This document shows, in pieces, positions 39,880 through 54,349 of a stretch of DNA of 64,000 nucleotides. Within the stretch, counting starts at the first letter, position 1. Each line of letters begins with the position of its first letter. The stretch comes from Octopus vulgaris. Taxonomy: Eukaryota. A program made the position numbers and the translations under genes. The DNA lies in NCBI GenBank assembly GCA_951406725.2, contig OX597818.1:98270001-98334000 (forward strand), read 5' to 3'. The notes under the pieces were generated by a model. The model ran no database searches, was not told where the DNA came from, and worked only from the letters and a program-made list of their open reading frames with translations.

Positions 39880-40512
39880 TTTGTATATATGCATATATAT
39901 GTATTTGTGTTTGTTTGTGTGTGTGTGTTTGCTTTTTACCGCTTGACAATCGATATTGGTGTGTTTACGTCCTGTAACTTAGAGGTTCGCTAAAAGCGAC
40001 CGATAGAATAAGTACTAGGCTTACAAATAATAAGTCCTGGGGACGATTTGCTCGGCCAAAGGCGGTGCTCCAGCATGGCCGCAGTCAAATGACTAAAACA
40101 AGTAAAAGGGATGCGCAGGGAGTGGCTGTGTAGTAAGTAGCTTGCTTACTAACCACACGGTCCTGGGTTCAGTCCCACTGCGTGGCACCTTGGACAAGTG
40201 ACTTCTACCATAGCCTCGGACCGACCAAAGCCTTGTGAGTGGATTTGGTCGACGGAAACTGAAAGAATCCTTTTGAATATATGTATATATGTTTATGTTT
40301 GTGTGTCTGAGTTTGTCCCTCCACCATTGATTGACAACCGATGTTGGTATATTTACGTCCTGTAACTTAGCTGTTCGGCAAAAGCGACCGATAGAATAAG
40401 TACTGGGCTTTCAAAGATTAAATCCAAGGGTCGATTTGTTCGACTAGAAGCGGTACTCCAGCATGGCCACTGTCAAAATGACTGAAACAAGTAAAAGAAT
40501 AAAAGAATAAAA
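39880..40512 (+). mobile_element. SINE family A: a 3' half followed by a full copy, in tandem
   Basis: Consensus matches at 39880-40110 and 40112-40512. Confidence 0.8.
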
Positions 40513-40881
40513 CAGATGCCTCTATCGTCCATCTGCCGCCCTTCCTTGTTTTGTCCCAGTTTTCTCATTGCTGTGGTCTTTCTCGTAGACTCGTCTTCTA
40601 CGTGATCGTTCGGAATCTAAGAAAAAACAAACAAACAACAACAAAAAAAAGAAACAACAACAAATCCACTCTCATATCACTCTAGCCTTTTTGGAAATGA
40701 ATGACACGACAGACAGTGTAATCAAAGACACACAAAACAAGGGATGGTCACCGCTAGAACGCTGTTAATTGTAAGTTTGCTCGCTTACGGTTGACCAGGG
40801 ATGAGAAAAAGAAAAAGCAACATAAAACTGACAGTACCACCATTACCTTCAACCACGACGACGACGACGACCACCACCACC

Positions 40882-40930
<49 letters not shown>

Positions 40931-42044
40931 GCAGCAGCAGCAGCAGCAGCAAATAGTTGCAATTTAGATATTATCAATAGCTGCTGTTTCATTAGCCTCG
41001 GGCATCATCATAGGGTCAAATTTTGACACAAGGTCAGCGCTTGAGGAGGTGGCAGTCGGTTACATCGTCCTCAGTTTTTAATTGGTACTTTATTTTATAG
41101 AACCAGAAAGGATGCAAGGCAAAGTTGGCCCTCGGCGGTATTTGAATTCATAAAATAAAGTAAAAAGCAGGGAGAAATACAGCTAAGCATTTCGTCCGAT
41201 GAGCAAAGGATTATTTGTTGCCCACAAGGGGCTAAACATAGACGGGACAAACAAGAACAAACAAACGGATTAAGTCGATTATATCGAACCCAGTGCGTAA
41301 CTGGTACTTATTTAATCGACACCGAATGGATGAAAGGCAAAGTCGACCTCGGCAGAATTTGAACTCAGAACGTAGCGGCAGACGAAATACCGCTAAGCAT
41401 TTCGCTCGGCGTGCTAACGTTTCTGCCAGCTCGCTGCCTTAACGTTGGACATCATAATGGCAAATTGTCATTTTCTCGCAGAAAAAAAAAAGGGAAAAGA
41501 AAAGACAAGAAATAGGAAACCCCCAAATCATCGCAATATTTTGTTATAATGACTGAGGAACATCATCATTCATCATTGTTCGACCGTGGTCGAGACAATG
41601 GAATTTACCATGCTACGCCAGACTTCACGCTCCACAACAGCAGAGGAAAGTGGCCGACGGTGTTGAGCTTTTTGAAAAGCCTTAATATTGGTTTCGATGT
41701 AAAAGACTTACTCCCTCCACTCGAACTTGCTGGTCTTGTTACGATCCAATTCCTCCTCCCACACATCATTACTACCATCGACATCGCTTTCATCATCATT
41801 GTCATCATCATCATCATTATTGTGAAGAACGACACACTGTTACTGTAGCTACTCCCATCTCACAACCCGTCATCCTCCTCATCTTTCACCTCTTCCTCAT
41901 CTTTCTCCTCTCCCCCATCTGTCTCCTCCTTCTCCCCTCCTCCTCCTCATCCCTCCTCCCCTCCCTCCCTCCCTCCTCCTCCTCCTCCTTACCACCACCA
42001 CCACCACCACCACCACCACCACCACCACCACCACCACCACCACC

Positions 42045-42078
<34 letters not shown>

Positions 42079-42298
42079 TCATCGTAATCCCTCTCAATAT
42101 TCTTCCTTTATTCTTGTCTTCTTTTTTTCCTTTTTTCTCATCATATTATCATTATTAAGATCATCATCATCGTTGTCGTCGCCACGATCATCATTATCAT
42201 TGTTTTTATCGTCGTCTTCATCACGATCACCATGATCATCATTATCATCATAGTTGTCGTCGTCTTCGTCGCTTATGTCGTCGCCATCATCATGATAC

Positions 42299-42329
<31 letters not shown>

Positions 42330-42671
42330 TTATTAATATATCCTATTCCTTCTTTGATCTGAGTACATTAATCGAAACCCTCCCTGACAGCGACAGGCAC
42401 CATCTATTATGACTAGTAACAACTCCTACGTCACACGCTTTCACCGATGTTGTAGGTGTGAGAAAGAGCGTACATGAACGCGCTGTTGCGAGAGATGAAT
42501 TACATCATAGTGGAACTCCCCATAGCATAATATTTCCCTACATAAGTCATCATTTTTATAATACAGCTGTACTGTAATTTAGCCGGCCCCAACACTACTC
42601 GAAAATCTGTCAGCAGGGGGTAGAACCATCACATGCTTTTTCAGCAGCAATATTACGAATAAATAAGACGT

Positions 42672-43420
42672 TGAGCTGGCAGAAACGTTAGCATGCCGGG
42701 CGAAATGCTTAGCGGTATTTCGTCTGCCGTTACGTTCTGAGTTCAGAATCCGCCGAGGTCGACTTTGATAAATTAAGTACCAGTTACGCACTGGGGTCGA
42801 TGTAATCGACTTAATCCGTTTGTCTGTCCTTGTTTGTTCCCTCTATGTTGAGCCCCATGTGGGTAATAAAATGCTTAGCGGTATTTCGTCTGCCGTTACG
42901 TTCTGAGTTCAAAATCCGCCGAGGTCGACTTTGCCTTTCATCCTTTCGGGGTCGATTAAATAAGTACCAGTTACGCACTGGGGTCGATGTAATCGACTTA
43001 ATCCGTTTGTCTGTCCTTGTTTGTCCCCTCTATGTTTAGCCCCATGTGGGTAATAAAATGCTTAGCGGTATTTCGTCTGCCGTTACGTTCTGAGTTCAAA
43101 ATCCGCCGAGGTCGACTTTGCCTTTCATCCTTTCGGGGTCGATTAAATAAGTACCAGTTACGCACTGGGGTCGATGTAATCGACTTAATCCGTTTGTCTG
43201 TCCTTGTTTGTCCCCTCTATGTTTAGCCCCATGTGGGTAATAAAATGCTTAGCGGTATTTCGTCTGCCGTTACGTTCTGAGTTCAAATTCCGCCGAGGTC
43301 GGTTTTGCCTTTCATCCTTTCGGGGTCGATAAATTAAGTACCAGTTGCGTATTGGGGTCGATCTAATCGACTGGCCTCTTTCCCCCAAATTTCGGGCCTT
43401 GTGCCTAGAGTAGAAAGGAG
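42672..43420 (+). repeat. Tandem array of SINE family B (187-bp period, about 4 units)
   Basis: AAATGCTTAGCGG...CCCCATGTGGGTAATA is repeated. ORFs at 42830 and 43017 are offset by 187. Confidence 0.9.
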
Positions 43421-43457
43421 TATTACGAGTAAATAAAATGGTGAGCTGGTAGAATCG

Positions 43458-43488
<31 letters not shown>

Positions 43489-43510
43489 CATACATACATA
43501 CATACATACA

Positions 43511-43541
<31 letters not shown>

Positions 43542-43542
<1 letters not shown>

Positions 43543-43815
43543 CCCAATCCAGATTACAAGTTTTATACCTAATTATTGAGGCACTGGCTAAATACCAATA
43601 ATACACTGCCTAAATACCAATCTTGAGAAATTCAAAACCAGAAAAGAGAAAGCTGATTCGAAAACTACAGATCTAAGCCATCACAGGAACTGTAAAACTC
43701 TGTAAAACTTTCCAGAAGTTTATTATTTAAGTATATATGAGCATGTGTAGACATGCAACTACATGCATGAAAATATATACATAAAACAAAACATACAAAT
43801 CTGCACATATACATA
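43542..43815 (+). pseudogene. 3' end of a restriction-like-endonuclease (R4/Dong-like) LINE next to (CATA)n
   Basis: Remnants FIPxII..AL, CLNTNLEK, KLIRKLQI, ITGTVKLCKTFQKFII*, followed by a short UTR ending in CATACAT. Confidence 0.55.
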
Positions 43816-43839
43816 CATTATTTTCATATACACAGGTCT

Positions 43840-45015
43840 ATTTCCCATTTTTTTTGGAGGGTCTAACCACAACAAGACACACACTAGGCATTCCATTCAT
43901 TTTCCTGTTCAAAGAGGCGAACCTCGTCATATGCTCGGGTCAAGGCATAGAAAACAACCCCCGATATCAACTGCGGGGCCCGACAGCATATTCTGGTTTA
44001 CCCCAGTCGCATCATGCTAGTTACGTACCCCTTTGAGCAACATCAAATTCACTCATCAGCCCACAAACTCTCTCCGAGCTTTCCTGTCATTAATAAACTC
44101 TCTTGCCTCTCTCACTCCAACACCTCAAACTACCAAAGCTTTCCTCATTCCATCCATCCATCCATCCATCATTCCATCCATCCACACAAACCGAGGTCTA
44201 CCTCTGGTTCTGCTGCCTACCACTTCGGCCTTTATCAGTCTCCTTACCATCCGCTCCTCATCCATCCTCTCCATGTGGCCAAACAACCTCAACATTCGTC
44301 TATCCATTTTAGTTGTTAGTTGTTCTCTCATTTCTGCTCGCCTTCGCACCTCCTCATTCCACATCCTGTCCATCCGTGTCACACCAACCATTGCCCTCAA
44401 GCATCTCATCTCAGACACATCTAGTCGCCTCTTTTCCGCCTCTCTCAACCCCCACGTCTCTGCACCATATAACATTGTCGACACAATCACGCCCTCATAC
44501 ACACCTCTTTTTGCTTTCATATTCAACCTCTTATCTCTCAGCATACCATTCACAACTCCCTCACTCTATATCTCACTTCCTCGGCCAACCCCACCATCTA
44601 CCGTCACATGTGATCCAAGACACTTAAAAACACTAAACTCCTCCAACATCTCACCATTTATACTCACATCCATCCTATCAGCTATTCCATCTCTCGAACA
44701 TCTCATCACCTTATCCTTATCTACATTCACTTTCAGTTTCCTCCTCTCACACACTCTTCCAAACTCTGCCACTAGTCTTCTCAGTTGCTCTTCTGAATCT
44801 GCCACCAGTACTGTATCATCAGCAAACAACAACTGACTCACCTGCCATTTATCTCCATTTTCCCCCATCATTTGGGCTCTCCTTCCAAAGGCTCTAGCAT
44901 TTACTTATCTCACCACACCGTTCATATGTAAATAAAACAGCCACGGAGACATCACACAACTCTGTCATAACCCCGTCTTCACATCAAACGACTCACTTAC
45001 TTTACCACCCACCCT
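43840..45015 (-). pseudogene. 5'-truncated, decayed RTE-clade LINE
   Basis: GLxQSCVMSPWLF, LLFADDTVL, FKCLGS, MLYGAETW, RLFGHMERM and RGRPR, with frameshifts. Confidence 0.85.
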
Positions 45016-45118
45016 AAAGCTTGCCCTATTTCGTATACACAAAAATACCCTGTTGATGTTGAAATTCCAATGAAGGAGTCTTAGATCTATTGGCAAGAAA
45101 TCTTGAAATAAAATTGAA

Positions 45119-45284
45119 TAGGTGCTGGAGTGGCTGTGTGGTATGTAGCTTGCTTTTCAACCACATGCTTCCGGGTTCAGTCCCACTGCGTGGCACCTTA
45201 GGCAAGTGTATTCTACTATAGCCTCGAGCTGACCAAAAGTCTTGTGAGTGGATTTGGTAGACAGAAACTGATAGAAGCCCGTCG

Positions 45285-45354
<70 letters not shown>

Positions 45355-45558
45355 TGTGTCTGTGTTTGTCCCCCAACAGCGCTTAACAACCGGTGCTGGT
45401 GTGTTTACGTCCTCGTAACTTAGCGGTTTGGCAAAATAGACCGATAGAATAAGTACTAGGCTCACAAAGAATAAGTCCTAGGGTCGATTTGCTCAACTAA
45501 AGGCGGTGCTCCAGCATGGCCGCAGTCAAATGACTGAAAAAAGCAAAAGAGTAAAAGA
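45119..45558 (+). mobile_element. SINE family A
   Basis: Matches the family A consensus. Confidence 0.85.
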
Positions 45559-45572
45559 GATAGATAGATAGA

Positions 45573-45638
<66 letters not shown>

Positions 45639-46444
45639 TAGATAGATAGAGAAATAGATAGATAGATATACAGATAGATAGATACACAAATATGTATATG
45701 TGCACGCGTATATACTCACTGATAAATGCGCGCATGCACGCATACACATATTTACATCACGTCGCACGATTAGCATGCAAATTCTCCTATGTATCTTTCT
45801 GTGATATGTAATGCTTATGCGTACGGCTGTGTGCATACGCGAGCGCGTGTGTATGTATGTGTGTGTGTGTGTGTGTGTATGTGTGTGTGTGTGTGTGTGC
45901 GTGTGTGTGTATGTGTGTGTGTGTGTGTATGTGTGTGTGTGTTAATTGGTGAACGCGCGCGCGTGCGTTCATGCTAGCGTACAGATTCAACAGCAAACGC
46001 GCGTGCACGCGGAGGAAGTCGCCGATAATGGACTAAATAGTGACTAACTAATTTTAGTGTCTATAACCGGCTGATAACATTAAGCAAAGAATATAACCCA
46101 AATCCTAGAGCAAGACTGGGACCGGCTAATATAAGAATCATTTACAAAGTATCTTCACTGTGTGTATTAGTGCGTACATATATACTTATATGTGTGTATG
46201 TATATAAATGTGCGTGGGTGTGTGTGTATGTGTAGGTGTATGCATGTAGATAAATATGAGTGTGTGTGTGTGTGTGCGTGCGGCTAGGCGCTGTTGTTGT
46301 ATGTTGAAAAGTTTGCTTCCCAACTACATGGTTCCGAGTTCAATCCCACTGCGTGGCACCTTGAGCGAATGTCTTCTACTATAGCCTCTGACCGACCATA
46401 GCCTTGTGAGTGGATTTGGTAGGTGGAAACTGAAAGAAGCCCGT

Positions 46445-47355
<911 letters not shown>

Positions 47356-48196
47356 TGATAATAATCCTTAGATTGAATTTATAAATATTTTAATGCATCG
47401 CTACGCGCGTTTAATTGGAGCCATATTTAATAGGCATATTCAAAACGCTTCCCATAAACCAAATTAAAGGATATATATGTGTGTGTGTGTATAAGTGTGT
47501 ATGTGTGTGTGTGTGCGCACGCGCGTTTTGTGTTTGAGTCTGCTCACCATCACTGCTCAATAACCGGTGCTGGTCAGTTTACTTCCCTGTAACTAGCAGT
47601 GCAGCAAAATGATAGCATCAGTACGGAGCTTAGAAAAATAATTACTGGGGGCCGATTCGCTCGATTAAAAACCTTCAAAGCGGTACTCCATCATGGCCGC
47701 AATCAAGTGAATGACACATATAAAAGATAAAAGACATATGTCTTTTAAGACATTCATTTGACCGTGGCCATGCAGGAGCACCGCATGGTAGGATTTATCA
47801 GACAAATCGATCTCAGTACTTATTTCAAATCTGGTACACAGTGCATCGGAATATTTTATCGGAATGCTCAGTTATGGGAACATAAATAAACCAACATTGG
47901 TTATCAAATAGCGGAATGACAAGTACAAACACGAAGGCATTGGTCGGGTCCGAGGCTATAGTAAAAAGGTAAAAAACACAAAGCAAAAGTACCGTAGTGG
48001 AACTGAACCCGAAACCAAGTGGTAGCGAAGCGAACTTCTAAAGCACATGGCAATAATCTGCGTCGATACAATGTGCTTATGTATATGTGTATGTGTGTGT
48101 GTATTTGCTTATCACCTCTAACAACTCAAGCCCACCATGTTACTTAATGCACAATACACACAGACACAAACACACACATATATATATATAGTATCA

Positions 48197-48444
48197 AAAG
48201 TGTGGCTGTGTGGTAATAAACTTGCTTCCCAACCACATGGTTCCGGGTTCAGTCCCACTACGTGGCACTTTAGGCAAATTAACAATAAACAAGATGAGGA
48301 CAAATATCCGTCAATTGCAAATAATGTAAATAATGTACATAATTCCTCATCTATTAAATATAGAACTGTATTTTCTTCCACTATAGCCTCGGACCATTAA
48401 AGTCTTGTAAGTGGATTTGGTAACCGGTAACTAAATAAAGCCCA

Positions 48445-48505
<61 letters not shown>

Positions 48506-48788
48506 CGAGTGTGTATGTGTGTGTGTGTGTGTGTGTGCGTGTGTGTGTGTATGTGCGTGCGTGTCAGTGTGTGAGTGTCTGCGTTTAACACCCGCCATCG
48601 CTTGACAACCGATACTGGCGTGTTTATGTCCACGTAACTTAGCGGTTCGACAAAAACGATCGATAGAATAAGTACTAGGCTTACAAAGAATAATTCCAGG
48701 GGTCGATTTTTCCGACTAAAGCCCTTAAAGGCGGTGCTCCAGCATGGCTGCAGTCAAATGTCTGAAACAAATAGAAGAATAAAAGAAT
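48197..48788 (+). mobile_element. SINE family A interrupted at 48279-48370 by the tail of the tRNA-HHR element
   Basis: The insert matches 14474-14568. Confidence 0.8.
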
Positions 48789-48818
48789 ATATATGTGTGC
48801 GTGTGTGTGTGAGCGTGT

Positions 48819-48871
<53 letters not shown>

Positions 48872-49084
48872 TATTTATATATACATTTATATATGTATAT
48901 ATAAGCATATATAGATATAAATATATATGTATATGTATATACATTTGTATACATATATATATTCATATATTTATATACAAATACACCCACACATATATAT
49001 CTACATATTTATATATGTATATATACATATATATATATACATATATATATACATATATATATACATATATATTTTATTAATTAT

Positions 49085-49395
49085 TTATTTATCCGTCCTT
49101 TTCAAGCCTAGCCAGGCTCATGGGCCCGGTTTCCCGGTTTCTGTGGCGTATGTGTTCCCCCCAGCTGGAAGGGATGCCAGTCCATCGCAGCGTTACTCAA
49201 GAAACAGGAAGAAAGAGAGAGAGAGAGAAAGTTGGGACGAAAGAGTACAACAGGGGTCGCTATCACCCTCTGCCGGAGCCTCGTGGAGCTTTAGGTGTTT
49301 TCGCTCAATAAACACATACATCGCCCAGTCTGGGAATCGAAACCGCGATCCTCCGATCGTGAGTCTACTGCCCTAACCACTGGGCCATTGCGCCT

Positions 49396-49399
<4 letters not shown>
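49085..49399 (-). mobile_element. tRNA-derived SINE, family D-related
   Basis: Head GTGGAGGCGCAATGGCCCAGTGG...GTTTCGATTCC. The body is similar to 13281-13583. Confidence 0.8.
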
Positions 49400-49464
<65 letters not shown>

Positions 49465-49775
49465 ATAGAAATATGTTACAAAAAGAAAATAGAAACTACA
49501 CGTGGAAATGTTTGGGGGAAAGTAAGAAAAAAATAAGTGAAAATGCACATTGGAAATCAAAAAAAAAAAGTAAAGGCTTTTTATAAAAAGTAACGATAGA
49601 TATATACAATTAGATGAACTGAGGTAGGAATAAAATAAAAGTCATTATTGTGGCTTCTTACAGGGATTTAAAGGCATATATATATATATATATATAACTG
49701 GAAGCTTTATGAAAATAGACAAAAGACGAAGGCAGGTGGGAAACAAACAAACATATATATATATATATATATATA

Positions 49776-50108
49776 CAATTGCAGCGTGGAAGGTGTTTGT
49801 AAGCCATTTAAGAAACACACTAAAGCCGTTCGATTCACTTCAACATTTAAGTTTAATTTGTCAAAATATTTTCGTCGCTAAAATCCGCGACCTGTTCCCT
49901 GACAAATGATGCATCTGATTTTTGTCAGTGAACAGGTCGCGGATTTTAGCGACGAAAATATTTTGACAAATTAAACTTAAATGTTGAAGTGAATCGAACG
50001 GCTTTCGTGTGTTTCTTAAATGGCTTACAAACACTTTCCGCGCTGCAATTGTTTTCATTCCAGCACACGATCTCAGATCAAATCACTTGCTATGCGAGTA
50101 CATCTCCA
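49776..50108 (+). mobile_element. Fold-back element with a G3:C8 HHR, between (TA)n tracts
   Basis: Arms 49776-49906 and 49921-50052. The right arm continues to 50108. Confidence 0.8.
49921..49970 (+). ncRNA. Type I hammerhead ribozyme motif, G3:C8 variant with UUU triplet
   Basis: TTTGTCA-GTGAACA-G-GTCGC(GGATTTTA)GCGAC-GAAAA-TA-TTT-TGACAAA. Confidence 0.7.
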
Positions 50109-51044
50109 TATATATATATATATATATATAGTTATATGTTAACGCGTGTATGGCAACTGCAAGTGTAAAACAAGCTATTAATATCTCCTTAGCCTGTATG
50201 CAGCAGTAGAACTACCTTGTACCATTTTCGAAATGTTCTTCGCCCCGTATTATATTTTACTACTTTTACTGCTTCCTATTGCTGATGTGGTTGTTGTTTT
50301 TGTTGTTCTAGTTGTTATTGGAATTATTGTTGTAATTGTGTTTTTTACTTCCCGACACGTATAAAGCAATAGCTATGTACAAAACTATGGGTGCCAACTG
50401 TTATTCATCCTGAATGTTCGCCAAGATTAAACGGAATACACACCTTAAAAAGAACAAAAAAAAAATAATAAAATGACCTGCATGCATTATGATTCCGACT
50501 AATTGTTCCCGCCTTCCAAGCCTTCAGAAGTGTGTCGGTTGTTTGTTTATATAGTACACTGTACCGAGTGGCCTCACTGCCAGTCAGCGATTAGAGTACA
50601 CAGCTATGTGTACCAACAACGAGAAGGCAGTTGATTTGTACTAACGTGTGCGTGTGCGTGTCTGTATGTGTGTGTATGTGTCTGTATAAGTAGGTAGGTA
50701 TATTTGTATGCATTGCATTTGTGTATGTATATATGTGTGTGTGTACGTGTTCCTGTGTGTATGTGTGAGTTCAGATATGTGTTTATGCGTTGCATCTAAC
50801 TCGCACACATAATTGTATGCACATATTCATTTATGTATCTGTCTCTCCCCCCCCTCTCACTGTTTCATACATATACACGTAAATATGCGTGTGTGTATGT
50901 GTATACATACATGCATGCATACATACATACATACATACATACATACAGTCATACACACAAATATATATATCTACATACATTGGTACATGTAATATAGACG
51001 CATACATATATATATATAGCATGTAGGTACATAGATCTATATAC

Positions 51045-51092
<48 letters not shown>

Positions 51093-51281
51093 CATGTATG
51101 ACAAGCACACGCGTATTATATTTATATATATAAACACGCATATACATATGATGTACATGTACATATGTTTATATGTATATTCACATATATAAAATACGCT
51201 CACATATATATATATATATCCACTTATATGGATATACCTGTGTACATACATTCACGTTCTAGAATATACACCTGTAGGTGA

Positions 51282-51333
<52 letters not shown>

Positions 51334-51590
51334 TCTATACAACTATACAGGGGCAAACAGTTCACATGAAAAAGTATAAATTCTCGGAAATTAATTTGCT
51401 AAGATATTATTAATTTCGTTATCATCTGGAATGACTATTTTAAAAAATGATCATAACAGAATTATTAATACAGGCGACCGCAGGCCCAATTAAAACATTT
51501 TAATCCCTCAACTATATATATGTATGTATGTATAAAATAGAAACGTTGTTGCTCCTAAATTTCTAAACGAGAGATATTCAGTAGCAACAC

Positions 51591-51750
51591 TGTAAAGTGA
51601 CGATCTTTTGTCAACCTAATGTGGCAGACCCATTTTGGGGCGAACGATACTGTTGTTTAGCCCTGAGATGTCTCATGATGTTAAACAACAATAGCATTCG
51701 CCCCAAAATGGGACTGCCGCATTAGGATGGCAAAAAATCGCTATTTTACA
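51591..51750. repeat. Imperfect hairpin or MITE-like inverted repeat
   Basis: 51591-51659 pairs with 51682-51750. Confidence 0.65.
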
Positions 51751-52599
51751 CATACACACACACACACATACATATGTACGTACCTATTTATCTTCGTTTA
51801 TGTATGTTTTTACGTAAATGTTAAATATAAAATCACTCTGTCGCATTGTCGGACCTTAATCGACTAAACGGGCAACCCTATCAACCGTGTTTTGTTGGAT
51901 TCCATGTGGGACAACAAACAAAACCCGTGAAAGGGCATATGAACTCGGTAGAGTAAATGGCCATAGTACAACTAGGAATGAGAGATCCTTGGTTTTTGTT
52001 TTGTTATCTCTCATTGAAAATGAAAACTGGCATAATGCTTGTAACTTCCTTTCCATCCAATGATGTAGACTGGTTCTTTGTTTTGGGAAAATACTTACGT
52101 TGTTTAGAAAATGGGATTCTCCTTGTTTAGGGCATTGCTGTATTTTAAAAAACTTCGAGCACAAGCATCGTTTGAATTTTGACATCTCTATTATGAGTTG
52201 CATACTATGACTAGTTGGTTCAGAAATAGCAAAACGTTTAATGACAAATTCAAAGATGGAATGTTGTGTGTCAGCGTGTGTGGGAAGCTCTCTGTACATT
52301 TACTACAAGAGAAATCCACCATTGTCATATCTGTACAATAGAGTGTAGGTCCCTAGTAGAACTGAAAAACCATATCTATGCTGCTAATATTTAAGAGAAC
52401 AATCTAGCAATGGCATTACTCGAAAACACAAGTTGTAGCCATCATGCAACAATATACAGAATACCGAAGGCGGTATTCTATATATTACTGCCAGGACGCC
52501 GCCTTATAATATATACTATATTATATTATTTAATGCTTAAATTTCATTTTAATAATAATATCAAATATTGACCAAGGCGGCGAGCTGGCAGGATTGCAG

Positions 52600-52796
52600 G
52601 AGCACAAAGAAATTGTGAACTGCGCAAGTCCAGAGTCAACCCTTTGTCTTCCGTCCTAACGGACTACCAGTGTCCAGTCTGTGGCAGAGCCTTCCGGACA
52701 CGCCCAGGACTAATCGGCCGTAGCTGGACACACCGTGACTCATCTTCTCCCAAGTGATGTCCTTGGTCATCGTCGATAACGACGGACGATGATAAT
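52600..52796 (+). pseudogene. 3' end of an RTE-like LINE
   Basis: YQCPVCGRAFRTRPGLIGxSWTH zinc-finger-like end, followed by GGTCATCGTCGATAACGACGGACGA. Confidence 0.6.
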
Positions 52797-53817
52797 TAAA
52801 ACAAAAAGGCAATCTTTATATCCTGCTAAATGTGGATGTATTATCAAAGCCCCGAATACGGATGTATTCGCTTAGAGAGGTCCTCTTATATAAACGGTTA
52901 CTGATATTCTATATATCGTTGACAGTGACATTTGACTTGCATACGGGGCTGGACGCCTGACACTGAAGAAACACAGTACGCTGAATTTCATGTGATTCGG
53001 CAGTTCCGGCGCCTGTACCAGACGGTTTTCCTCTGCAATGGTATATGTCGGTGTTCATAGCACCGTACATCCATATGTAAGGACATCTCAAGGTAGCTAC
53101 CGCAGTATTTGGCATTCTAATACGACATTCACATTAAGTTTGATTCCAATGATTGCCTTTCAGAGTTAAATGTTAGTAAAATAAATAGCGTGTTTATTAT
53201 TCTTATATTTGACCTTGACACTGAAAATTTCTTGGATCAAAAGAGCAAATCAAATTGCTTTTCAAGGTCAAGGACAAGACATAATGGTCACAAATTACTT
53301 AATTGCAACTTGTGCGATTACTAACGCTTTTGCAATGGCTGACAAGTTGCTTCTAAAAGCAATCTCTTTCTCATTGCTATGGTGGAGGGGTGTCGTCGTC
53401 TCTAACTCGCCAACTCCTCCACCAGCATTACCTCATCACCAGTGATAATTATTCGAGTAGTTATATGCATGATTTTGTCCCTGTAAACGACATGTTTTCC
53501 TATGAATGTCACCGTATTCGGAACATTATTGAAAGGGTAAACAATTTGGTTTTTAAAAAAACAATATATGTTAACTACAATAATTAAATATTATTATAGT
53601 ATTATATACAGTAGCGTTTAACCAGATACGCTTTGTTTTTTCGTGTACATATGACATCACGGACACAGAAGGAAGTCGTAGAGTATCAAGAAGAGGAGAA
53701 AAAAAAAGACAAAGAACAATAAGTAAATAATAAAAAGTGACAGAGTAAGGGAGAAAGCGAAACTCCATTAGGAGCGATCTCAACGACAGGAATGAATGAA
53801 GGGACTGACAGACACTC

Positions 53818-54349
53818 ACATACATACATACATACATACATACATACATACATACATACATACATACATACATACATACATACATACATACATGCATACA
53901 TACATACATACATACATACATACATACATACATGCATACATACATGCATGCATGCATGCATACATACATACATACATACATACATACATACATACATACA
54001 TACATGCATGCATGCATGCATACATACATACATACATGCATACATACATACATACATGCATGCATGCATGCATACATACATACATACATGCATACATACA
54101 TACATACATGCATGCATGCATACATGCATACATGCATACATACATGCATGCATGCATGCATGCATACATACATACATACATACATACATACATACATACA
54201 TACATGCATGCATGCATGCATACATACATACATGCATGCATGCATGCATGCATACATACATACATACATACATACATACATACATACATACATGCATGCA
54301 TGCATGTATACATACATATATACATACATACATACATGCATGCATACAT
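53818..54349. repeat. Compound (TACA)/(TGCA) tetranucleotide array
   Basis: Direct reading. Confidence 0.95.

Noticed and set aside
42672-43420. CRISPR-like array
   Set aside because: The units are contiguous SINE copies with no unique spacers, in a eukaryotic context.
51856-52299. 147-aa minus-strand ORF
   Set aside because: No recognisable domain, and the length is compatible with chance.
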